NCBI RefSeq assembly: GCF_001194135.2
Contig: NC_068994.1
Coordinates: forward strand, 28,296,498 to 28,344,678
DNA from: Octopus bimaculoides
Taxonomy: Eukaryota
Length of the DNA stretch: 48,181 nt
Reading direction: 5' to 3'
Shown one piece after another: positions 35,043 through 48,181 of this stretch. The translations under genes and the position numbers were made by a program. Numbering within the stretch: position 1 is the stretch's first letter; each line of letters starts with the position of its first letter. The notes beneath the pieces are model-generated. The model was not told the origin of the DNA, made no database searches, and saw only the letters and a program-made list of their open reading frames with translations.

Positions 35043-35096
35043 TTATCCCAATGATTCAGTAATCTAAAATCATAGTTTACTGAATCATTGGGATAA
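35043..35096. repeat. Perfect 20-bp inverted repeat with a 14-nt spacer
   Basis: TTATCCCAATGATTCAGTAA (35043-35062) / TTACTGAATCATTGGGATAA (35077-35096). Confidence 0.95.
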
Positions 35097-36039
35097 TGGT
35101 GGAGAAATTTTAAAACTGATTCTTAGATCTGAGGTGACTTTGACATCAGCTGTCACCACTTCTTCACACTACTAACATTGTTCATCTTGTCACCTCTCCA
35201 TACTTGTGCAGCTACTGTTTTGCATACATCTTATTCCTCTTCTACCCTTTTTTTTTCCCCCCTTTCTCTTAACTCATTTGTACTTCGAGGTTTGTGCATA
35301 CTGGCATATCACATCCAACTGAACATTTTAGTTTAATTTCTGTTTCACCTTTGCACATCCTCTGCAAATACATATAGCACATGAGCATGCAAGCACTAAA
35401 CAATCTGCCCTTCATTTTATGAAAATCCTTGTCACAAACATAAATAACAAACTTTTTTCCTATCCTGTTCTTTGATGGCTAAGTTTATGCAACACACACT
35501 TCCACTGCTGATTTGGTCATCTAGTAGCTATCAACTACTACAAAGAAAGCCTTGTTAGCAGTTGGCCACCCTACCTGTGATCTCACTGCATCTTTTGTAC
35601 ATCAATAATCTCCATTAGGTATACACCATGGAGTTCCTACCTGCTCCTGTTTTGTATATCAAGCACAGCCACTTCCCAGATTATAGTAATTTGTATATAA
35701 TTCATTGCATGCATGGTGAGCTGCATGAATCAAAATGATGGCTTGCATATTCTTCATGTGTTCTGGCAGATTTGAACATCATCAACATTGTTTAACGTCC
35801 ATTTTCCATGCTGACATGGATTGAATGGTTTGACATGAAGCTGGCTAGCAGGAAGCTGTCCAGACTCCAGTTGCCTGTTTAGGGATGATTTCTATGGTTA
35901 GATACCCTTCCTAATGGCAACCACTTAAGAGTGTGCTGAGTGCTTTTGAAATGGCACCAGCAACTGAAAGGACAAGTCTGTATGTATGGAAGACATCAAT
36001 TTTACTTAGCTTGACATGTCTTATCAAGTACAGCAAATC

Positions 36040-36640
36040 GCCACATCTCCCAGTCCCTTGTCATTTCCTGAGTGAGGCCCAACATCTGAAGATCCTTTCT
36101 CACTACTTCATCCCATGTTTTCCTGGGTCTGCCCCTTCCACAGGTACCCTCCTCAATTAGAGCTCAGAAAATCTTTATGCAGTTGTCCTCATCCATATGC
36201 ATCACATGACCAGACCAGTGCAGTCCTCTCTGGCACACATTTGATGCCTCTTATACCCAGTTTTCCTCTTAAATCACTTATACTCTGTTGTGCATGCACA
36301 CTGACGTTACCCATCCAGCAGATCATGCTAGCCTCATTTCTTTCAAGCCTTGCAAGTCCTCTCTAGTCAAAGCCCACATTTCACTGCCACGTAACATAGC
36401 TGTACATACACAGGTATCATACAATCTACCTTTCACTCTGAGGGAAAGGCTCTTAGTTACCAACAAAGGTAGAACCTCTCCGAGCATTCTTATCCTAGCA
36501 ACTACACTTTCAGAACTCCCTTCACTACTGCTAACTTGGTTTCGTAGGTAACAGAAGCTATCTACTACTTCTAATGATCTGACTGAGCATTTGAGGGAGC
36601 CTATTGTCTGTTTATTTTTAGTGCTTATTGTGCCTGCAAA
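36040..36640 (-). mobile_element. RTE LINE 3' fragment
   Basis: ORF 36323-36673 contains VVDSFCYLRNQVSSSEGSSESVVARIR...LLVTKSLSLRVKGRLYDTCVCTAMLRGSEMW. Confidence 0.8.
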
Positions 36641-36900
36641 TTTGCCATACACACACACAGCGATGAAATACAACAGCAGTTAGCATATTCAAGTTCAAAT
36701 CTTCCCGAACAGACTGAGAATGTGTGTGTGTGGTCATATATGTGTGAAAGTCATTGTTTTGATTCTCACTGCTCATATGATGATTTGGCAGATATCAGCA
36801 TGGATCAGTAAACAGTTTGTTTGCTGAAGTTATAAACAAGACCATCACCTCTTGTTAGATTTGAGACACAACAGTGTCAAAATGCCTCTAACCCTTTATG

Positions 36901-38030
36901 CAAGGGGGTACCCAAAAGAAACCAGAATTTTGCAATACTATTTTATTCGCTTAGCTTTTCTGCCTTCAAAGTATTCTCCATTTGAAGTGATGCATCAGTC
37001 CAGACATTTTTTCCACTGCTTGAAGCAGTTGTGGAACTCTTGCAAAGTGATGTTCTTAATGCCTCCCTTTTTTTTTTTTTTTTCTTCACCTCTTCCACAT
37101 TTGCAAAACGTTTTCCTTTAAGGACTCTTTTCATTTGGGGGAACAAAAAAAAAAGTCACAGGGAGCAAGATCAGACGAATAGGGAGGGTGGATAAGTGGG
37201 GTCATGCCATTTTTGGTCAAAAACTGTCTCACACTCAAGGCGGTGTGCACAGGCACATTGTCATGATACCACCACCCTCCACTTTGCTACAGGTCGGGAT
37301 GTTTTCGTCTCACCACATCTCGCAAATGCTTCAGAACTGCCAAGTAAAATGGTTAACAGTTTGACTAGCAGGAACAAATTCTGTGTGGACAATTCCTTTT
37401 GCAGCAATGAAATAAATCAGCATCATCTTGACGTTAGAGTTCACTTGACGCGCTTTTTGGGGGTATGGTGACATCGAATGCTTCCATTGACTTGATTGCT
37501 GCTTTGTTTCTGGGTCGTAGCCATAGCACCAGCTTTTGTCACCAGTGATGACCTTTGAAAAATGGTCTGGATCAACTTCCAGTTGTTCATTCAGTCATGA
37601 CTGCTTTTGATCTTTCATGAGCAAACGAGGCACAAATGTTGCTGCAACTCTTTTCATTCACAATTTCTTGCTCAAAATTTGTTGGCAGAAGCTCCAGGAC
37701 ACACCAATCATATCAACAAGTTCATCAGTTGTTGGGTGACGGTCCTCCAAAATCTATTCATGAATTTTTGTGACATTTTCATTCATTCTGGAGGTCAATG
37801 GTTGTCCTGAACAAAGTTGGTCTTCAAGTAACAGGTGACCATTCCTAAAGCATGAAAACCACTTGTAAACTTGTTTTGCTCATGGCAGCATCCTTGTAAG
37901 CTATTTGAGGTATGACAACTGTTTCAGCCGCCATTTTCCCCAGCAGTAAACAGAATTTCACAGAAGCACACTATTCCTTCGTTTCAGTCATCACAAAAAT
38001 TGACAAACCGGATGAGTGAACACACATCCA
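36901..38030 (-). mobile_element. Mariner transposon, near full-length pseudogenised transposase
   Basis: - strand MTETKE*CASVKFCLLLGK..AETVV...AYKDAAMSKT..YKWFS...SG.P; later FPQMKRVLKGKRFANVEEVKK; terminus CAAGGGGGTACCCAAAAGAAACCAGAATT at 36901; many stops. Confidence 0.9.
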
Positions 38031-38639
38031 TCATAAAGGAGAATTTGTTCTCCTGTGACAAAATACAACAGTGATTAGAATGTTTACGTTCAAATCTGCC
38101 AGACTATATTGAGAATACGTGAAAGTTATAGTAATTTGTATACATTCCTGCTAAGATTTTTGCCAGCATAGCTCTCACAAGCCATTTATCTATTCCCAGT
38201 TTTCCAGGTAAATGCTTGTTATATTGGTTTATTCCTAATTGCAAGCTTCTAGTAAATGCCTTATAAAGAGGGTATTTGTGGTATTCTGCCCTAGCACAAA
38301 GCTATACTGCATCTCACCTAAGTTAACTGGGACATATAATCTACATTATCATTTTCATTACTTGATCCATCAATTTGATGCCTCTGTAATTACTGCTTTC
38401 TAGAAAAACCTTGTTCTTGTAGCAGTTGGAAATAAGTCGTTCATTGGGGATAACACATCCCTGATTCACTATGTAACAAACGTGTCATACATTGAACATC
38501 TTGGCAACTATCCCTGGTGGTCCTGCTCTTTTCTGTTTCCATTATCCTTAATAGCTCTTTTGTCTATATAGTGATCAACTGTAATGGCTGGACGCTCTGT
38601 TAGATCTATTTGAAGGAGCCCTCCATCTTCCAGTCTTGT

Positions 38640-39450
38640 CTCTGCAACTATTCATTGTGGAATTTTCATGCCTCTTTTCTACATCATTGACAGTGCCACT
38701 CTCATTGTGCACTTTTCACCAGCTATCTCCCATTTCACTTGCAATTTTGTATACTTTATTCTGATCCTCATGGTAAAGAACATTAGCAAACTTCTTTCAG
38801 CTTCTCTCCTAGCTACCTGATATTCCATGATCATCACTTTCCAGGCCTGTCTCTTGGCTTTTGTTGCTCTATCCACCGTGTCACTCACTACTTGTCTGGG
38901 ACTTTGCTTCATCTTCAAGTCTGATTGAGAATTTCTATGTAACAACCTACCGTGAGCCAGCAGTTATCCTTTATGCTTTTACTGTCTTTTTATCAGAGGT
39001 GTTACCTAATTTTGAACTCTTGTCTAGCAGAGAGATCTTTCATGTTCCATATTATCCTTCTTTGATTCATCTTCTGTCTCTGAATCCATTTAGCTCTTAA
39101 ATTGAAGTCACTAATCTCTGGTCTATTTCGAATGGCACATTCTTCAGCAAAGAAGGATTTAGTATTAACAATTTCGTATTTACATACTATTCCATTCTGA
39201 CTAGGAAGTCTAGCTGACTTGTCTTCAACTTTGTGGCTGGGATTCTGAAATTTATGTTGCAAATGGCTATCTGTGACCCAGAACACTAAGAGCCTTCATG
39301 CAACATGACCATAACCTCCATGTGCATGTTCACCAGTATAGCCATTAAAGTCACCTGCTGTGATCAGGAGGCTACTCTTAATGTCACCAAAGCAGTCTGC
39401 AAGAGGACCTTGTAGAAACAGTTGTTTAGATTATTTGTCAGTCCTGGTTT
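38640..39450 (-). mobile_element. RTE LINE endonuclease C-terminus/linker relic
   Basis: ORF 39002-39286: KFQNPSHKV...SQNGIV...IVNTKSFFAEECAIRNR...RRIIWNMKD. Confidence 0.65.
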
Positions 39451-39634
39451 TGGTTCATAGGCAAAGATCATTTGCTCTTTATATTGCTTATTACTAGTTT
39501 AATTATCCTGTCACATATTCTGACTTCCTCAATTACAATACCTCCATCTAAGTTGTTACCTACTCAGAAGCCTTTTTATGTTCCTGGATGGTAGTCACAG
39601 CACTAACAAGATGTTAGTCCTAATGGATATCTTT

Positions 39635-39638
<4 letters not shown>

Positions 39639-39690
<52 letters not shown>

Positions 39691-40040
39691 NNNNNNNNNN
39701 NNNNNNNNNNNNNNNNNNNNNNNNNNNNNNNNNNNNNNNNNNNNNNNNNNNNNNNNNNNNNNNNNNNNNNNNNNNNNNNNNNNNNNNNNNNNNNNNNNNN
39801 NNNNNNNNNNNNNNNNNNNNNNNNNNNNNNNNNNNNNNNNNNNNNNNNNNNNNNNNNNNNNNNNNNNNNNNNNNNNNNNNNNNNNNNNNNNNNNNNNNNN
39901 NNNNNNNNNNNNNNNNNNNNNNNNNNNNNNNNNNNNNNNNNNNNNNNNNNNNNNNNNNNNNNNNNNNNNNNNNNNNNNNNNNNNNNNNNNNNNNNNNNNN
40001 NNNNNNNCTCTCTCTCTCTCTCTCTCTCTCACTCTCTCTC
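39639..40040. repeat. (CT)n microsatellite flanking an N gap
   Basis: CT repeats on both sides of the 39691-40007 gap. Confidence 0.9.
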
Positions 40041-40419
40041 ACACAGAGAAATAGTACTGTCACTAAAAGATATATTTAGTGTTGGCATTGAATAGCCTCA
40101 ATCAGCTATGCCACAAAAATAACTTTGCAAATGTTTCAGCTAACCTAAAAACTCACTTCACTGGCTGTTGTGTTGTACTGGCAAACCAAATAGTTTTGCA
40201 TTGTTTTAATTATATAATCCTAGTATTTCACATTGAAATATATGGTGCTTCATTATTGAAATAGAAAGGTGAGTCTGCAAAGGAATGTTGGGTTTTTTTC
40301 CTTTTCATTTTCTTTAACTTTTGCTTACCTTTTACATGTTTCATTCATTAGACTATGATCATGCTGGGGATTTTAGGTGAATAAGTCTGGTGCTTATTCT
40401 ATTGGTTTCTTTAGCCAAG

Positions 40420-40650
40420 CACTGTGCTAGAGGGACATAAACAAATAAACATCAGTTGTCAAATTGTGAGAAATGAATGCAAACAAAGGCACACGTGCAT
40501 ATAGACACACACACACACACAATAACTATCCATGTACAAAATCCACTCACAAGGCAGTCAGCTTGGTGTTATAGTAGAAGACATTTGTACAAGATGCCAC
40601 ACAGTGGGACTAAAGCCAAAACCACATGGTTGCAAAGTGAGCTTCTTAAC
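40420..40650 (-). mobile_element. tRNA-SINE copy
   Basis: TGCCACACAGTGGGACT.AA.CCAAAACCACATGGTTGCAAAGTGAGCTTCTTAACCACACAGCCA is the reverse complement of the SINE head. Confidence 0.7.
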
Positions 40651-41490
40651 CACACAGCCAGCTTCTCAAACTTTTTTATAATTTTTCCCTTTTCTGATCT
40701 TCCTTTTTTTCTTTTTCTCTATAAATTACTCATAGATAGGACAGTAGAGGTCCTTCCAAACTGGTGAGGTTGATGAAGTTAGCATTTAGTGTAAACATAT
40801 GAGAGAATACATAGAAAACAAGAATTCTAGGGAGTTGCTGTTGGGAGAAATGATTCTGCAACATGTTTAGGTAACAGTCTGAGAGATGAGGCACAGTAAA
40901 GATAACAGAAGGTAAGGAAGGGTGACAAGGATATGCAAAGACCATTGTCATAGTACCTGAATAAGCAGAACCTTTGTATGCTGCTTGTGTGTGTGTGTGT
41001 GTGTGGTATGTTAGTGTCTCTTTGCTTTTACATTATATAACAGTCATTAAAAAAACCATTATCATACAAGCAGTGTCCTTCACTCCTAATTTTCTGTGAA
41101 AAAATATCAAGCCATGAGGGAAAAATGTATGGGTTAGTGACAGGAATGGCATCTAGTTATAGAAAATCTGCTTCAGGAAATTCTGTTTAAACCGTAAAAG
41201 CATGGGAAAATAAGCATTAAAGCAATGATGTATGTATATATTTGGGTGTGTTTGTATTTCTACATGTGTGTGCGTCTTGTACATGCTCGTGTATATGTTT
41301 TTTGTCTCTTTCCATTTTTATGCTAACACCTCTTGAGCAGCAATGATGTTCTTTATGTCCCTCATAAACAGACATTTGATGGTTTGATGTGCAAAGATGA
41401 TAGCACATTAAAGATTAGGTTAGGAAGGACATCCAGCCATAGAATGCTGCTTTAAGAAAGAAAAAAATGTGTAAAAATGATTTGCATATA

Positions 41491-42130
41491 CGAAGGGGTA
41501 CCCAAATGAAACCAGAATTTTGCAATATTATTTTATTCGCTTAGTTTTACAGGTTTACAGTTTTATCACCTTCAAAGTATTCTCCATTTGAAGTAGTGCA
41601 TCAGTCCAGGCACGTCTTCCACTGTTCGAAACAGTACTGGAACTCTTGTGACAGATGCTTTTTGAAGCATCTGTCATTTTTTTCCTCACTTCTTCCACAT
41701 CTGCAAACTCCATTGCACCACCTTTCATCACCAGTGATGACCTTCAAAAAAAAAAGCCCAGATCAACTTCCAACTGTTCTTTCAGTTGCGACTGCTTTTG
41801 ACCTTGGTGTTAAGCAAGCAAGGCACACATTTTGCTGCAACTCTATTCATTTACAATTCTTTGCTCAGAATTCATTGGCAGAAACTCCAGGATACACTAG
41901 TCATATCAACAAGTTCGTAAATTGTTTGCTGATGGTTCTCCAAGATCAGTTCATGAATTTTTGTGATGTTTTCATTTGTTCAGAAAGTCAACAACTGCCC
42001 TGGACAAGGTTGGCCTTCAAGTAATAGGTGACCATTCCTAAAGCATGAAAACCACTCATAAACTTGTGTTTTGCACATGGCAACATCCTTTGAGGCATGA
42101 CAACTGGTTCAGCCACTGTTTTCCCCATAC
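41491..42130 (-). mobile_element. Internally deleted mariner copy, same family as 36901-38030
   Basis: TA at 41489-41490, then CGAAGGGGTACCCAAATGAAACCAGAATT; colinear with copy 1 but lacking most of the ~37110-37540 catalytic segment. Confidence 0.85.
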
Positions 42131-42429
42131 ATTACAAACTTAAGCATTATTCACATGCACCTAGATATCTAACACTAAATCTGCACTCACTACATGAAAA
42201 ATAACTTTGAAAACATCATCCAAGTGATAAGGTTTGCAAACTTGTCTCCTTTAACAGCAAATAGATACAGTTGCAGAACATCAAGAAAACATTACAGCAT
42301 TTCCTTCTCCCGCCTTTTAAATATAAACCACAAGTGGAACCTTCACATTTACTTCAAATGCTTATCCTCACTGTCACTGTGGATCTCTTTTGGGAAACAC
42401 ACGTGTTTAACATAATAAAAACTGCATCA

Positions 42430-42780
42430 CAAAAGCTGACAACCCCTGTCAATAACTTTATGAAGCTCAGTGAGACCATTTGGAATGGTGCTGCTGTTAC
42501 CAAGAGACATTTTAGACATCATTCAAAGAAAGCTATTTGTCTACCAACGCATTCCAACTTCTGGCCCACAGAAGTGCTATGTCACCTCTCTCTGCCTTTT
42601 CTACCACTACTACAGTGGCCTCTGCTACTTGGAGCTAGCTAGTCTCATACCACTGCCACTCAGGTACTTACATCTTGCTCATATCCCTTCCTCTCATTAC
42701 CCATATTTCTCCCTCATCAGGCCATGCTCTGCATTTCTTTACCCTGCAGCATTTGATTTGCAACTATTCTAGAGGAAGGT
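42430..42780 (+). mobile_element. CR1/L2-group LINE 3' relic
   Basis: SLCLFYHYYSGLCYLELASLIP motif in ORF 42470-42772; related degraded copies near 14800-15250 and 21200-21640. Confidence 0.6.
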
Positions 42781-45119
42781 AGTGATCTTAACAATCTCAG
42801 AGAACTTATCAGGGCCACGGCACTGACCCTTTCTCCAGACCAAACCAATAAAAAAAATTAAGTGGGTTTTACCTACATATACAGCAGCATCATCTTCATT
42901 TTGTCTGGTTTTTCATGCTGGTCTGATTTGGACAGCTCACCACAGGCCATGCCATTTATTGCCAAACCGATAGTTTGAAAACTTTACCTCACTTGTACGT
43001 TCCACTTCAGGGCTTAATTCTACAGCTAGATAGCCTTGCTATCACCAACCCCTTTATAATATGTACTGGGTGCAATTTGATCATGGCTCAGTACCCAAGT
43101 TTTTCCTTCCACCAACAAGACTAAAGAATCCTTTCTGCCATTTATTGTTTTGTTTTTGAAAAGACTTTCCTGCATCATCTGTTGTTTTTTTTCTTTGGTT
43201 GTACAATTGACAATCTGGTTACATAGGCACTATGGTGGGGTAACAAGAGAATAATGGGAAGAGTGATAAAAGAGTTAGAGGGAAGGTAATAAGAGGTAGA
43301 GCTGAATGTCAATATGAAAGAGGAGGAAGGGAGAGTGGTAAAAATGATTGAAGAAAGTGTAGTGATAGTAACAAGATAATTGGTGACAAGGAGACTTCAT
43401 ATGAATGTAATGCATGAAAGAGGCCCAAATGTTAGTGTCAAGCATCAGTTGCAGTCTCCTGTATCAGCAACAGAGCAGCTGCAATTTTTATGTCCATTTT
43501 TAATGTTTACATGAGTTGGATGGGTTTCTTCATGCAACATTTTACCATTTGTTGCAGTTCTTTTGTCATCTCATGTGTGAAGCTTAGCCTCATGAGATCT
43601 ATCTTCTCCACTGCCTTCCTTGGTTCACCACCCCCTCCTTTATAGTTTCCTTCTTATTAGAACATTTGGTACTTCTTTACCTAACTGTCATCTTCCAAAT
43701 TTCATCAATATCCATACCAGCTCAGTTTTCTGGCTTACATTCTATATTTGGTCCTTCTTACACTTTTTTTCAACTCATTTGTGCTCTGTCATTATGCACA
43801 CTGACATTATTCATCCAACAAAGCATACTCACTGAATTTCTTCATTTGTAATGTAGATACATATTTTTGCATCTACATTACATGGTAAATACATATATTT
43901 GTATTGATGACACAGCTCAAGAAGACCCATCAAGCTGAGCAAAATCACAGTCATGGCAGATACCGGTGTCACACAAATGGCACCCATGCCGGTGACACAT
44001 AAAAGCACCCATTACACTCTCAGAGTAGTTGGTGTTAGGAAGGGCATCCAGCCATAGAAAACCATGCCAAATCAGACTGGAGTCTGGTGCAGACTTCCAG
44101 CTTACCAGCTCTGATCAAACCATCCAACCCATGCCAGCATGGACAATGGACGTTAAATGATGGTGATGATAGACACTCATACATATATAGAAATGTCTTC
44201 CATACTACTATTGGTTGGATGGCTCAACAGAATCTGACAGGTGCATCATGTCCCAATGTCTGGTTTTTCATAGCACTAGCACTACTGTGGTTGCCACGTA
44301 GCTCATAAGACTAAGAGATGTGGGGTTAAAGTATGAATGAAGGGTCCAGAAAAGATTTCTTAGTGTAGAAGCAGTTCACAGTTACATGTATTATATATGA
44401 GTGAGTGGAAGCAATTGGGGTTAAGTGTGAGAGATAAAGATAATGAAGTGTTGGGATGAGCCAAGAAAGTGAATAGGAATATGGTCAGATGAACAAGAAG
44501 AGTAGAGACTGTGTGTATGGGGAAAGTGAGAGATTGGTAGGAGTGGGGGTGAAAATGAATGTTGTTAACAAGGTTGGGCTGGTGGTTAATGATAAATAAG
44601 AGTTGGATCGAATGTGGAGGAGAATAGGTGGTGAATGGCAGTACAGAAGGGAGTTAAGGGCAGCAAAATAGTAATAATAATACAATAGACAGATGAAAAT
44701 AAAAGATAGTGTATAGATGAGCAGGTAAGTTGGAAGAGTGTATGGGGAGTGTGAAAGATGTATGATGATGGGGATAAGTTAACAAAAAGTGGTTTTGGAG
44801 AGGAGAGTTTGATAATTTGGTAGTAGAAAAAGATGATCAATGTAAAAAGTGAGTTCTCAACTCACTTGAAGTATGTATGTTTAGTGAAGTGGTTCTGGGT
44901 AGTGAGAAACATAAGTAATATCACTGGAAAAGATGATGAAATATGTTCTGCTCTCATTCAATTACAGAAGCAGAATACTGCAGTTTGGAAAGTGATAGAG
45001 GGATCAGTGATACAGAAGTAAGGGAGTGGTAGGCAAGGCTTGACAAGGAAATCATGTGTGGGGCCTTATTATATACACTGAGGCGGGTGGGTCTTGAGTA
45101 CCACATTGCCAATCATCCC

Positions 45120-45790
45120 AGTCCTCTGTCATCTCCCCTGAGAGGTTCAAAGTCCTGATATCACCTTTCACTACTTCTTCCCATATGTTCCTGGGTCTCT
45201 CTCTTCCACAAACTCCATCCACATTAGATAATGAAGCATTTAATATCCAGGCCAGTGAGGTCTTCTCTCTTACACATTACATCTGATTGTCCAATTGTTC
45301 TCTCATCATATTTGTACATTGTTGTTCTTGCATACTGATGTTGTACATCCAACAAAGCATGTTGGCTTCATTTCTTTCAAGCCTTTGCATTTAAGGCCCA
45401 TATCTCACTACCTTGTAGTATTGGTGTTCATATGCAAGCATCATACTATCTGACCTTCACTCTAAAACAGAAACCTTTTGTTACCAAAGAGGTAATAGCT
45501 CTCAATTTTCTCCTGTCCATATTCAAGCAACTGCTTTCAAATCATCCTCCTCCACTGCTCATGAGGTCACCTAGGTAACAAATGCTATCTACTACCTCAT
45601 GAGAACTTGTTAAGCATTTGAGAAAATCTACTTCACCAGCACTCTTAGTGTACTGTTCCTGTGCATTTTGCTACATGAAATCTATTTTCTCTCTTAACCT
45701 GACTGTGATATCATACACCTCTCATGTTCATAGTTTGCATTGGGTACACTGCATGAAATGTCTACCCTCACAATTTTCACATATCCAAGA
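45120..45790 (-). mobile_element. RTE LINE 3' fragment
   Basis: Colinear similarity with 36040-36640 (GGTCACCTAGGTAACA.A.GCTATC = DSFCYLGD on -). Confidence 0.6.
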
Positions 45791-48181
45791 AGGCCATTTC
45801 CCTAATGGAAGCAGTCTTCACTAAGTTAACTTTGTGGTCCTTTGGTTCCTGGTTTTGCTTCCACACCTGAAATTTCTTTTCTAATTCTACTGCAGTTTCA
45901 GTTTTAAGAATGAGGTCATCAGCAATTAGCAGTTCCCACAGACATCTAGTCTTGAACTCCAGTTATGCCATAGAGCAAAGGTTCTCAACAGGGGCCATTT
46001 GGAGCTCGGTGAGGGCATTTGGGAGAAGAGGGGCACTGGAAGACCCTCAACTTTAGTAAGTTTAATTTGAAATGAACAAGTAGTGGCCATATTTTCACAT
46101 CTCTGTGACAGTCAGTTTTAAAAAACAACCATATCTTTTTGTTTCAAATTTTCAAAAACTTAAAAGATTTTTTCCACTTTAGCAGCACCAAGCAAACTCC
46201 TGGTACAATGTGTAACTGGTGTCGCTAAAGTGAAACCCTCAAAACAAAAACTAAAAACAGATGAATAGTGACAGACGACTAAAAGAAAAAAAGAGTAATG
46301 AATAAAAGCAAAAAGCTGAATGTGTGTGTGTTTGTGTGCAAATATATAAAGAATGCTGGTCAAAATTTTGGAATGAACAAACAGGCTTTTGGGAGTGGCT
46401 GATAGGTGTGTATATGTGTGTATGTATGGGTATGTTTCTATGTATATGATTGCGTGTGTTGCCGAATTGAATTCCTGACCCCTGGCTATTAAAGACCCAA
46501 CCACACGCACACATTTATTTTAGGTTTTGTACCCATTTGAACTGCGATGTGTTAAATCTTATGTACGGAAATTTAAATTTTGAATTTGTTTTAATTATAA
46601 AATTACACCTCAGCTAAAAATACATCTTTTGGTTTTTGGAAAACAGAATTTTTTGTTGAGTTAGAATTTCTTTGTTTTGGTCACGATTTTCCAATTTCCT
46701 CTATCAAGCAATGGACAGAAGGATTTTTTAAAAATTAAATTCATAGAGCCGAACAAAATCAAAAATATTAATTTTAATTGTAATGATGGAGAGGAGTAAA
46801 CATTTTCCCTTTCCTTAATACTTGTTGTTGTTGGCACTCCATCGCTTACGANNNNNNNNNNNNNNNNNNNNNNNNNNNNNNNNNNNNNNNNNNNNNNNNN
46901 NNNNNNNNNNNNNNNNNNNNNNNNNNNNNNNNNNNNNNNNNNNNNNNNNNNNNNNNNNNNNNNNNNNNNNNNNNNNNNNNNNNNNNNNNNNNNNNNNNNN
47001 NNNNNNNNNNNNNNNNNNNNNNNNNNNNNNNNNNNNNNNNNNNNNNNNNNNNNNNNNNNNNNNNNNNNNNNNNNNNNNNNNNNNNNNNNNNNNNNNNNNN
47101 NNNNNNNNNNNNNNNNNNNNNNNNNNNNNNNNNNNNNNNNNNNNNNNNNNNNNNNNNNNNNNNNNNNNNNNNNNNNNNNNNNNNNNNNNNNNNNNNNNNN
47201 NNNNNNNNNNNNNNNNNNNNNNNNNNNNNNNNNNNNNNNNNNNNNNNNNNNNNNNNNNNNNNNNNNNNNNNNNNNNNNNNNNNNNNNNNNNNNNNNNNNN
47301 NNNNNNNNNNNNNNNNNNNNNNNNNNNNNNNNNNNNNNNNNNNNNNNNNNNNNNNNNNNNNNNNNNNNNNNNNNNNNNNNNNNNNNNNNNNNNNNNNNNN
47401 NNNNNNNNNNNNNNNNNNNNNNNNNNNNNNNNNNNNNNNNNNNNNNNNNNNNNNNNNNNNNNNNNNNNNNNNNNNNNNNNNNNNNNNNNNNNNNNNNNNN
47501 NNNNNNNNNNNNNNNNNNNNNNNNNNNNNNNNNNNNNNNNNNNNNNNNNNNNNNNNNNNNNNNNNNNNNNNNNNNNNNNNNNNNNNNNNNNNNNNNNNNN
47601 NNNNNNNNNNNNNNNNNNNNNNNNNNNNNNNNNNNNNNNNNNNNNNNNNNNNNNNNNNNNNNNNNNNNNNNNNNNNNNNNNNNNNNNNNNNNNNNNNNNN
47701 NNNNNNNNNNNNNNNNNNNNNNNNNNNNNNNNNNNNNNNNNNNNNNNNNNNNNNNNNNNNNNNNNNNNNNNNNNNNNNNNNNNNNNNNNNNNNNNNNNNN
47801 NNNNNNNNNNNNNNNNNNNNNNNNNNNNNNNNNNNNNNNNNNNNNNNNNNACTAAGGTTTAAGGGACAGAAAAAGAAAAAGGATATTAGGAATTAACAAG
47901 GACATCCAATACAGGAACATGATGATTGATTAAAAGTTTTATTAGTCATGGATTTGTTTCAAGATTAACATGGGCTAATTGAAAAATCTTAATTGAATAA
48001 GGATTAGATTAATTTTGGGCATAAGGATTAGATTTATTTAAGTAAAAAAATACAAAATAAACAAGACACTATTGTTGTAAGCCCTGGAATAATGTAAATA
48101 ACAACAACAATAATGATTCTTTTAAAGTCAAGCATTAAATAACATAAAAACTTATGAAAATTTTCTATTCTTATAAGCTAT

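Overview
AT-rich, repeat-dense animal genomic DNA with several assembly gaps. The SINE, RTE-LINE and mariner complement looks like an octopus (coleoid cephalopod) genome; that assignment is my inference. Two housekeeping genes lie on the + strand, both partial. MRPL43 has an internal exon at 6960-7066 and a terminal exon at 11657-11955; its first exon was not found. Elongin C (ELOC/TCEB1) has a putative promoter and 5' UTR exons near 16.0-16.7 kb and a first coding exon at 27877-28072; its last exon was not found. Most of the rest is transposon-derived: a maT/DD37-type mariner with a nested piggyBac-type MITE, a MULE with a 9-bp TSD, foldback MITEs, two mariner copies, RTE and CR1/L2 relics and tRNA-SINEs. 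The strongest finding is in the presumed ELOC intron: a non-coding ~720-bp partial-tandem element (159-bp direct repeats, 32127-32848) carrying a structurally complete minimal type I hammerhead ribozyme on the - strand (32420-32476), i.e. a candidate retrozyme. About 1.1 kb upstream is a Penelope-like element (GIY-YIG remnant) whose inverted pseudo-LTRs combine a tRNA-like Pol III module with a hammerhead-like core. Several long fold-back structures in the introns are candidate dsRNA/ADAR substrates. Repeat boundaries were read by eye and are approximate unless a TSD or splice site is quoted.
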